Part shown: one piece after another, positions 26,707-36,776 of the stretch
Position numbering within the stretch: the first letter of the stretch is position 1
Layout: each line of letters starts with the position of its first letter
Source: Geosiphon pyriformis uo1
Taxonomy: Eukaryota > Fungi > Glomeromycota
Assembly: GCA_016748015.1 (NCBI GenBank)
Contig: JAAOMT010000523.1
Coordinates: 310,001 to 374,000, forward strand
Reading direction: 5' to 3'
Length of the DNA stretch: 64,000 nucleotides
Notes under the pieces: model-generated
Told to the model about the DNA's origin: nothing
Seen by the model: only the letters and a program-made list of their open reading frames with translations
The model's database searches: none
Program-made: the position numbers and the translations under genes

Positions 26707-27528
26707 TTATCTCTCTTTTTTTAAAATTAAGCTCCTGCAAAACCATATGTATCTGTTATCATGGCTTTATTTGTGTAATGTTTTGATTGTTGCCTCGAGT
26801 ATTGTCTTTTGTAGGTCTTTGAACTGTTGATTGGTTATTCATTCTATGTTATTAACCATTATGGTTTTCATAAATCCATTCAGTAGTATGTTTGGGCAAT
26901 GTTGGAAGGTGGCATATAGTCGGTATGCTGCTTTGTAATGTAGGGTCAGATTGTTTTTCCCTACAAATTTTTCTACTTGTTGTATTGTTTCTTTGTTGAA
27001 TGTTTTCTGGCTGAGGTCTTCATATGGTGTTTTCAAGTTAAGCTGTTCTCCAATTTTGTAGAACCAATAAGTTGGAAAAAGTCTTTCTTTTCATTCCTGG
27101 GCATTGTCAGATGTCCACTCCTCTGTTTCAGGGAGTTCGGTCCCACAAGCTAAAGCTTTTTTTATTTTTTCGAGCTTAGGGACCAAGTATCTTCTTTTGT
27201 AACCTTTTTCTTGTTCTTTGCCTTCTTCTTTTCCATCTTCTGCCCAAAGGCAATTTTTCTTCCAACATTGTCTTTTGGGTGGTGGATAGAGGAATGTTTA
27301 GTTCTAATTGAACTTTCGTCCTCCTCTCTCCTGCTCTTATCTTTGTACCATATCTCTTTTTTTATTAATTGTTATTTCTATTTGAGATGCTTATTTTTGA
27401 ATTGTTTCAAATAATTGTCTAGATAATTTTAAATTGATCTGAAAGATCCATGTTGAAATTTCTATTGTTTCTTGCTGCTTTTTGGATGTTATATATATTT
27501 GAATTCCCCAATTTAATTTGCTGTCCAT
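26707..27528 (-). pseudogene. Extra ORF3 of Gypsy B downstream of integrase
   Basis: ATG at 27528 just after the integrase stop (27534-27532). Contains PTYWFYKIGEQL...LHYKAAYRLYATFQHCPNILLN...IE*LTNQQF, which aligns with ORF3 of family A. Has stops and a probable frameshift. Confidence 0.65.
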
Positions 27529-27531
27529 TGT

Positions 27532-30500
27532 CTACATTTTGATGATGATAATTGGTTCCAGATCTTGTGGTATATCTTCTGGTCTGATTAATGAAATTTG
27601 TGTTTCTAGTTGAGGTACTGATAATGATAATTCCTGTTTTACATGATAAATTTTTAACCGATTTCCATGCACTACTTTTTTTAAAATTCTGTCTTCCAAT
27701 CATAATTTGTAAGCTCCATTTCCTAATGCTTCGTGTATGTGGAATAGACTGTTCCACTTTGGGTCGAACTTTCCACTCCACTGTTTTTCAGCTTTTGTAT
27801 GATGTAACAGTACTTGGTCTCCAATCTTGAATTCCATTGATTGTTTTGATAGGTGTTTATCATGTCTTTTTTTTTGTCATTTTTGAGCATGACTAATATT
27901 GTCAGCTGTTGTTCTTCGATTGTTTTCCAATGTTTCTATTAGCTGGTATGTTTTTTGGTGTAAAATAGCTTCAAAATTCTCTTCATTGATTGTTTCTGTT
28001 GGATATGATGGTATCACTTGTTCAATTAGTAATGTAGCTTTTCTTCCATAAACTAGTTCAAATGGTGTGAACTGAGTCATATTTTGTTTCAATGTTCAGT
28101 ATGCAAAGAGTACAAAAGGTATAAATAAGTTTCATTCTTGTCTGTTTTCATGACTTATTTTTGCTAATGCTTCGCACAGTGTTTTGTTAAATTGTTCTAT
28201 CAGTCTATTTGTTTGTGGGTGGTATGGTGACGATAAGAGTCTCTTTATTCCAAACCGTTGGCTTAGTTCAGTCAGCGTATTATTAACGAAATGTGTTTTC
28301 TGATCAGATAATAATTTTTTCGGACATCCATGTCAGCAAATTAGGTCTTAATGCACAAATTCGGCTACTGTTTTGGTGTCAGCCACTTGGATTGCTCTGG
28401 CTTCTGGCCATTTTGTAAGATAGTCTACAGCTACAGTGATATAGCAATTTCTTTGGGATATAATTGAAAGAGGTCCAACCAAATTGATCCTAATTCTATC
28501 AAATAGATTTCCAACTGGAATGGGTCGAAGTGGTTCTGTTGATCTTGCTCTTCCTTTTCACTAGCATGTATCACAATTGAGCATGTATTCGAAAATGTTT
28601 TTGTATATTGTTGGCCAATAGTATAAGTTTAATGTTCTTTTGAGGGTAGCATCTTTGTTAAAGTGTTCTGCAGTCAGATCTGAGTGCACGCTATATAGTA
28701 TAGTTTCTCTTTTACTGTTCTTGATTAGTCATTGTAAGTTGGGGTGGTTTCAACATTCTCGTCAATATAGTTGGTTGTCTTGAATAAAATAATTTCAGGC
28801 TTGTTTTTGTATAGTACTCTGTTTCTGTTGAGATAATATCTCCTTGAAATGTAGTGTCGATAGGTACTAATGTAGTCGTTGATAAGTAAGTGTGTTCATG
28901 GGTCTGAAATTAGGTTTGTGGTATTCTTAACAAACTGTTGGCATTGGTGTTCTTGGATTCTTCCTTGTAATAAACTTTGAGTGAAAATTGTTGCAGATAA
29001 GTACTCCATCTTGCATATTTTCCTTCTAGTTGTGAATTGTTGAGTAACCAAATAAGTCTTTTGTGGTCAGTATATAGATTAAATGGTTGACTGAGATAAT
29101 GTTTCCAAGTCTGTATGGCCCAATAAATGATGAGACATTCTAGATCTGTTGTGCTGTAATTCTTTTCTGCTGGACTAGTGCTGTGACTAGCATAGACAAC
29201 TGGGTGTTCTCTATTGTCTGGTCCTATCTGTAATAAGACTGCTTCTAGAGCATTTTTTGAGGTGTCCGTAGCAACAATAATCTGTTTAGTGAAATCTGGG
29301 TAAATCAGAATTGGGGATGTGATCAATCGTTGCTTAAGATAGTCAAATGCTTTCTGTTGATCTTCCTTTCACAAGTATGGTACGTATTTGGACAACAATT
29401 GATGGAGTGGTTTTGTGATGTTCAAGAAACCTTTGACAAATTGATGATAATATCCTGCCAATTCTAGAAATCCTCGTAATTTTTTGAGGTTGATTGGGGC
29501 TAAAAAATCCTTGACTTTTTGTACTTTATCTGGATCGGGTTTAACTCTGTTCTTGCTGATTACATGTTCTAAGAATTTTAATTTGGTTTTTCCAAAGAAG
29601 CACTTCTCGGGATTGAGTTTCAATTCGGCACTACAAAGACATTTGAAGACTTGTTGCAGGTAGAGCAGATGGTTTTCGAATGTTTCAGAGAACACATTTG
29701 TGTCATCTAGGTAGACTACTACTGATTTCCAAAGGATTCCTTTATATACTACATCCATCAAGCATTAAAACATGGCAGGAGCATTACAAAGTCCAAAAGG
29801 CATTACATTAAACTCAAAGTTTCTGTCTCGAGTGGTAAACGCTGTTTTTCTTTTGTCTTTGGGGTCCATTTCAACTTGCCAGTAACCACTTACTAAATCT
29901 AATAACAAGAACTATTTCTTTTTCCCTAGATTGTCCAGAATTTCTTGGATGAAGGGAGTGGGATAACTATCTCCTTGCATGACACTATTTAGTTTTCAAT
30001 AATCTACACAGAATTGCACTTTTCCGTTTTTCTTGGTGACCAAGACTACTGAAAAAGACCAAGAGCTTAACAATTCTTTGATTAGGCCGTTATCAAGCAT
30101 CCATTGCACTTTTTGCTTAATTAGGTTATTGCCAGATGGAAGTATGCAGTAAGTTCGTTGCTTAATTGGTCGAGCGTCTCCTGTATCAATCTAATGCTTC
30201 ACGATGTCAGTGCATCCGAACTCATTTTTGCTGGCAAAGACATCGGCATACTGATTTAGAAGAACTTTAAGTTGCATTTGTTGCAAAGTACTTAAATTTC
30301 CTAAATTCAATTTATTGATCTCTTCTGGTGTGAACAAGTAACTTTCTTTTGGCAAATTCCATACTTGTGAGGTAATGTCACAGAATAAGAATAATTGTGT
30401 GAAATCTGAAATGAACTGGGGTTTTTCAGGATTCTGAATATCTGTGGATATGAAACTGATGAGGGTCTCTTTGGGAATTTCAATGACATCTTCTGTTGGG

Positions 30501-32520
30501 TTGTGGATGGAGATTTTGAAGTGTTTATGGACTTTGGCTGGTAGGTATAGATTAGCAACATTGGCTAGGAAACAGATTTTGGGACTGGCTTCGAATAACA
30601 AAGCTTGATCTTGGATCTTTCAATTCACCTTGAGGATGTATTGTCAGTATGGGGGAATAGAAATGATGGTATTGGTATTGATAAATTCTACCTGGTCACT
30701 GTTTTTCTCCATAAAATTAACTGGTACGTTTTCTCTTCCACTTGATCCAAACCCATTGATTTCTCAGGCAGTGAGACCTAACTCTTCTTGGGTTGTTATT
30801 GGGGTTAATTGTGGTATTTTGACTAGGAGTAGGAAGATAGCTTGGGCAATCTTTTCTTGTGATTCTATTTTGTAGGGTCTGTTCGAATTGTTCTGTAGCA
30901 TCATGATAATGTTTTCCATGTAACCAGCATCAATGATTCCCCCTTTTACGTCGATTTTTTTCTTGGCTAGACTAGATTGAAAGGCAACTTGTACCATTGT
31001 ACTAACAGGAATTTCTAATACTATCTTAAGATCTATTTTTACGAAGAAATGTGGGGCTATAATAATGGGTGATTGTCCGGAGTATCGTAAGTCAAAACTG
31101 GTATTAGTGTCATGCACTCTTTTGGAGCAGATTCCTTCCTTATTGTCACTGTACTATTTTAGTTCTAGTTCTTTAAATAGGTTGGAATACACAAGATACT
31201 GTTCTGTTTCGGTATCCTCAGTTGAATCTTGAAACGACATGTTCTTGGTGATCAATATTTCTTCTTCAGGCTCAGATAGTTTGGTGATTGAAAACAGTAT
31301 TCTTGGAGGCAGATTGAACATAAGATCACATTTGTTACAGTACTGGAAGTGACAGGAGATCAAATAGGAATTACACAGTTTGGTATTCAAATCAGCTAAC
31401 CTTTGCTCCTGTTCTTCACAAGTTGGGGCCAATTCCTGATATTAGTTCTGAAATCATCCTCGAGATAGTCGGGTTTATTATATTCAGGTGTCCAAGGGTT
31501 GTTCTTGATTTCTTGTATTTTTTTGGGTGTGGTGCCTTCAGCCTTGGTGCTTGCCATTCTCCAGATTTCATGGTCATTGTGTAGATAACTGTCCAGCCTG
31601 TTAAGTGCTCGTTTCCAAGCGTCTTCAATAGGGGTTCTCTTTCATACTCAATTGTTGATTAATATGATGTATTGACAAGCCTCGTCACATGTTCTTCTTC
31701 TGCCAGGCACATTATTCCAGAGTCCTTCATCTGACAGGATTTCACCACATGCAAGGCATGGCATGTTGTCCCACTTGTCTTGTTGTTTTGGTCATCCAAA
31801 TCTTTCCAGTAAACAAGGTCTGCAATAATATTTGGTGGCAGTGGGCCATTTTTTGTTGTTCCCAATACATACACTCATAGTGAATAGTTTTTTTCCACAA
31901 TCGACACATATTAGTCTTGGGAGTTGGTAAAATAAGTTTTTTTGGTCTGAGGTTACATATCTTAGTGATGATGATTGGGGTTCTTCTTCGGCTCTGCCTT
32001 TTTCTTTTTTTTCCCAGGTTGGTGGTGGGGGTAGTTTAGTTCGATAATCATCCGTTCATGAAACCTGATAGGTCTCGATGGTTGGTGGCATTGATGTGTC
32101 TTCAAATTCAATAAGGGGTTCTTTGGTACATTGGGTCTTAAAGTGTTTGCACATAGCTGGGACTCAGGCATGCTGTCCGTTAAATGTGAGTTGAAGTTCT
32201 TGGGTGTTCTAGTCAAGAGTAGCATTGGCTTTTGACAACCAATCATTTCCTACTAGAGCTTAATATTGAGTAGCTTCCATGACAAGTACTTTGGTAGGAA
32301 TTTGGATTCTATTAATCTCAAAGGGGAAGTTGTCAATTTCTCCTATCGGGGTTTTTGTGTTTCCATTCGCTGTAATGATTCGGGTGGTAGCAGCATGGTC
32401 TATTCGGTGACCTAGTTGGTCCATGAGCTGCTTCATGATTATGCTACCAGCTGATCTGCTGTCCAGGATTAATTTAATGTCTATTTCTCTGACTCTGACA
32501 TCGGTATATAGGGCCATTAT
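27532..32520 (-). pseudogene. Gypsy B pol: protease, Cys-rich domain, dUTPase, RT, RNase H, integrase
   Basis: ORF fragments 32260-32517 (PR), 30764-31117 (dUTPase), 29369-29761 (RT YLDD), 28910-29326 (RH, ATDTS), 27877-28092 (IN, TPFELVYGR). Confidence 0.92.
30735..31150 (-). pseudogene. dUTPase domain in Gypsy B pol
   Basis: TSFDLRY, AFQSSLA, GGIIDAGYM, KIAQAI, then *EINGFGSSG (motifs I-V). Confidence 0.92.
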
Positions 32521-32529
32521 TGGTTTATC

Positions 32530-34687
32530 CTAATTGATGGCTGCTCCACTAAAAAGGCTATGGGTGTTCAAATTATCAATGTCAAAAGAAAATATGGTGG
32601 CTAAAGTGGTGTCTTCGGTAATAGTGGTTGGTGGGATATTGCTTTTTGTTTGCTTGGAAGGTTGGGAGATTTGTTCTATATTTCTCCCTTCCACAGGTGT
32701 AGATTTATCAAAACCCTGGTCTTTCATAAGACCAAGATAGGAAGCTTGATTCAGGTATCCAGTTGGTATTGATTGAGATGGTCCACTGTTGGTTTGCACC
32801 TGATTGTTATTGAAATTCCTCCATCTCTGATTATAGTCTATAGCTCGAGGTCTGGATGGGCTGTAAAGGGAAGTTTAATAGTGAGGGATTACTTGTGTCA
32901 TTGGTGGTGATTGATAATAATTCTGGGACAGTGGTTGAATGTATGGGACTTGTTGTACATATAGGGGCAGTTAATTCTGAGGTATGGAATATTGGGGTAC
33001 TATGTTTTGCTGATATCTGAGTTGCTGGTATGAGTTTCCTTGATTTTGGTCCATGATCTTCTTTCTGCAGTCATAGGCAATGTGTCCAGATTTCTGGCAG
33101 TAATAACAGTTACAGAGATCAGATCTCCAAGGTTGTTGCTGTTGCTGACAGTTCTGTTGTTGTGGGTATCTGCTGTTGTTGTTATTTTCTCTCCGTTGGG
33201 GTAGTTGGTAAGTTCCTATAGTTCCGGCTAAGAATTTCTCAATTTTCTGAGTTAGTTTTTTACTCAATTGGGTTATCTTTGCATCGATGTCAGAGGTTCC
33301 ATTAATGGCTAAATTAACGGCTTAGATATGGTTTGCTTCTTGTTTTGCAGACTCAAAATTGCGAGCGAGAGTGATAGTGTCTTGTAAACTGGTCGGATGG
33401 TGGGGTCTTACAGATTTTAGAATACTACTCCACAATCCTTTAATGAATTAATTAAGAACTTGCGCTGTGGTGTAGTAGTCCCTTTCAATAGCTAATATTT
33501 GACGCAGAATTTGATTGAATTGTCCGAAATAAGTAGTTACTGCTTTGTGATCTTTTTGTTTAATTATGCTGAATTGATTCTGCAATCGGATTAATGTATT
33601 GGGGTCACAGAAGTATTGCAAAAATGTGAGTTTAAATTCGGTAAAAGAGGTAGACTTCTCTGTCAGGCTTTGGTACCATGAATTGGTAGTTCCAGTCAGA
33701 AAGAACAGCAGTGCCTAAATTGTGTGGTCATTGTTTCAATCATTAGTGGTAATTGCTTTTTCGGTGTCTACGATTCAAGAATATACATTATCTTCTTCAT
33801 TAAAGAATTTTTCCAATTTAGTGATATCCCAGTAAGTCATGATTTGGTTAATGGGTGAGATATTACTGGTTATGTTTAAAGGGATTGGTGTCCATATATT
33901 TGAGTGTTCTCTGGGTGCTAATGCTGGTTGCTTTCCTTTGTTGCTTGAACTAATAGGTTGTAAGATAGCTGTTTCTTCCATCAAGGGAGATGCTAATTCT
34001 ACTAAGTTTTGTGCTGGTGGCTGTTCCCAAGTTGATGGGTTTCTTTTTGTTTGACCAGCTGCTGGGGTAAGATTTCCAAACAGCAATCCGTATTCTCCTA
34101 GTGATTTGGTCCAACTGTGTTGATTCCAAGGGTGTGGATTTCCAGGAGTTCATGGTGTTTCCAACTGGGTTTTTAGGAATGGGTTGAATACAATTCTACT
34201 TTGGGGTGTCTGATGGTATAATGGAGTTGTTGGGGAGAGAACTCTTGGTTTCTTGTTGACTGTAGACTTGGCTTGGGCAGTTACAGGATTGTTGGATTCA
34301 TTTTCATATTCCTCAGGGTCAGATTCCACTGGTTGTTGTACTTGAGAGAATCATTGTGCCACATAATATTTAATGTCTGTATCAATTATGTGCAGAGTTT
34401 CAGTGATTGCTCGGGTAGTCATGGCTGTTGAGTACCCTAGTAAGCTTTGATGGATTTGTTCTCCAAGTTTTTCTGTATCAGTTGCGTGGCCTAACAAGCA
34501 GTTAATTTTTGTGTTAATATAGTTACAAAAATCACTTTCTGCGTAAGTGGTTTTTGCTGGTATTCCTAGGTCTTTTCGAAAGTATTGAAATAGTGCTTTT
34601 CCGTACAAGAAGTGGTCCTTTCCTATTGTTCCAATCGTCACCACTTTTATGTATTTTTGGGGGTGCTCTGTCTCTGTGGATTTATAA
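32530..34687 (-). pseudogene. Gypsy B gag (fragmented)
   Basis: ORF pieces 34351-34644, 33775-34086, 32971-33267 (CCHC knuckle), 32530-32799; homologous to gag of A. Confidence 0.85.
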
Positions 34688-34704
34688 CCTCACAGGGAGC
34701 ACCA
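34688..34704 (-). other. Primer-binding site of Gypsy B (TGGTGCTCCCTGTGAGG)
   Basis: Starts 2 nt after the 5' LTR with TGG. Its complement CCTCACAGGGAGCACCA resembles a tRNA 3' end (elongator Met or Ile-UAU type; not resolved). Confidence 0.85.
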
Positions 34705-34706
34705 AA

Positions 34707-35788
34707 TGTTACAGGTAAACTTGGTGGGTATGAGAAATAGTAACATTTGGTGCTCTTAATTATTGATGATGCATTTTTCGTGTAATTCTGTTGGCTTAGT
34801 CTTGATTATCAGTCTCTGAAGGTCTATTCCTAGATGTGAATTTACCTGTCGAGTTCTTTGGTTATAAGGCACAGAGTTTGTCTTTTGTTAATTGCAACAT
34901 TTTTTGTAAATGTGAGCTCTCTTCTCTGAGCTAACAAGTGCAGTCATTAGGGTCTGGCATTGTTTTTTCGCCTTTCTGGTAAGCTAACAAGATAAAATTA
35001 ATATCTAAAACTTAGGGAGAGCTTTCCTTTTTTACCAGGCTATCATGAAGTCTATTCCCAGACAGTTGATTTTACTATGTTGCTGCTCCACAAAAATAAA
35101 ACAGAAAAAGAAAGAAAAAGAAAAAGGAAAGAAAAGAAAAGAGAGAAAAAATAAATTAGTATCATCAATCACCATGATCAAGAGCAATTGGTCTAAATCA
35201 TTAATAGATTCGAGGCAGTTATGCTAAGAGCATCTGTCCTAGAATGGAGATATGAGACAAAAGTTAATTCATGTAAATTCCATGAAGTTCGAGAACATAA
35301 ATTTGTGATTCTGATTTCTTTAATAATTGGTTTATTTCAGGAGATGAAATAGAGAAGATAATAAAGGATGAAAGGGTATGGATATTTTAGTTCTTGTCTA
35401 GAGATTTATATCTATCTGTCTGTTTTTTCTTACTTCTACAACTACTTGCTTTTATACATTCTTTTGGTTTTACAAGATTGCTTTCAATTGTCTTGCTATC
35501 ACTAGCTATTGCTTTGTTGTTTCTGTTATTGCTTCATTTTTCTATGTTATCACTAGTTATCCTATGTTATAACACGTTATCTGACGTTATTACATGTTAT
35601 TCTGTGTTATTCTGCATTATAATATGTTATTCTACATTATTGTGTGCTATTTTGTGTTATCTTGCATTATAACATGTTATCTTACATTATAATGCATTAT
35701 CCAACATTATTGCACGTTATTCTGTGTTATGTCACATTTTGGTCACGTTTTTTCATAACTTTGGATCAGTTTTTCTACTTAGGTAACA
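34707..35788 (-). repeat. 5' LTR of Gypsy B (1082 bp)
   Basis: TGTTAC...GTAACA; PBS adjacent. Confidence 0.95.
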
Positions 35789-35796
35789 GCACCAAA

Positions 35797-36776
35797 TATT
35801 ATTGGAGGTTTTTGGTCTCTTTTTTTCAATGTTGTTAATGTTGATTTGCTGTGAATTCATGTTTCCAGAAAGTAGTTGGACCTCCAGTAACTGAATTTAT
35901 CCTCAAATTATAGAAGATAATTTGAACTTGCTGGGCTTATAAGTGGAATGGCCAATTCCATGCCAGTTGTTTTGTGTAGTTACGTTGTAGTAAATGTCAA
36001 CTCTTTCCCAAGAATTGTTCATCTAGAAACTCACTAAAAATGTGTAGTTACTTTGCTGTGAAAGTCAACTCTTTTACAGAAATCTTGTCTGTAGGCTACC
36101 TTAATGATTATAATGAGAAAATAAAAGAAATGTAAAAGAAATATAAAAAAAATTGAATTCTGTCAAGGGAAATGTTTTTTATCCAGGCCTGGAGTTACTA
36201 ACAGTTTACTGAAATTGGTAGCTAATCAATTTTAAAACATTAGTTGGGTTTTGGGGATTTTCCAAGTGCAATAATTAAAAAATTTGGTTTTTCAAATTAT
36301 TTGATATTTATTTTTTTTTGTGTGTGTAGGAATAGTTCTAAGTAATAAATCTAAAGTAAGATACATTTTTTTGAAGAAAGAAGCTCTTCTTTTATACAAC
36401 TTGTCATAACACTATTCCATGAATTTGAACTTTGCTCTTTTCTACAATTTCGCTGAACTAAAGATACATTTCGGCAAACTACAAGTTATTTCTGCAAACT
36501 ATTAAATATTTTGGTGAACTATCAATTATTTCGGCAAATTTCTACAAATTTTGGTGAACTTTTGAATGTTACATATTTCGGGATATTGCATGATTGATTA
36601 TTGCAATTAGGTTACATTTGTGTTATGTACAATTTGGGTTATTAATTAAATGATAATTTTGAACATTTTGCTAATATAATAAGTGATAATTTGAAACAAT
36701 AATATATGCTAATTAATGATAGAAATTATAAAAATAATTTCATGCTAAATAATATCTCTAATTTTGTCTGGTAACA
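35797..36776 (-). repeat. 5' LTR of Gypsy A (980 bp)
   Basis: TATTAT (mutated TGTTAC)...GTAACA; followed on the minus strand by TT-TGGTGC, the first part of the PBS. Confidence 0.95.

Larger units (their letters stand above)
25635..35788 (-). mobile_element. Ty3/Gypsy LTR retrotransposon family B (inner, 10154 bp), dUTPase-bearing, inactivated
   Basis: LTRs 25635-26706 and 34707-35788. Perfect TSD GCAC at 25631-25634 and 35789-35792. PBS, PPT, gag knuckle CYYCQKSGHIAYDC, protease LILDSRSA, dUTPase, RT YLDD, RNase H, integrase. Confidence 0.95.
16766..36776 (-). mobile_element. Ty3/Gypsy LTR retrotransposon family A (outer; about 9.85 kb without the nested element), dUTPase-bearing, inactivated
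   Basis: Two about 980-bp LTRs, PPT, split PBS. gag with CYYCGIPGHWKRDC, protease LILDSE, dUTPase, RT (FGLCNALATFQR, YFND), RNase H and integrase in Gypsy order. Confidence 0.95.

Noticed and set aside
26395-26786. Hydrophobic + strand ORFs (also 35394-35838) that resemble membrane or env proteins
   Set aside because: They are antisense translations of T-rich LTR tandem repeats, and the frames differ between the two LTR copies.
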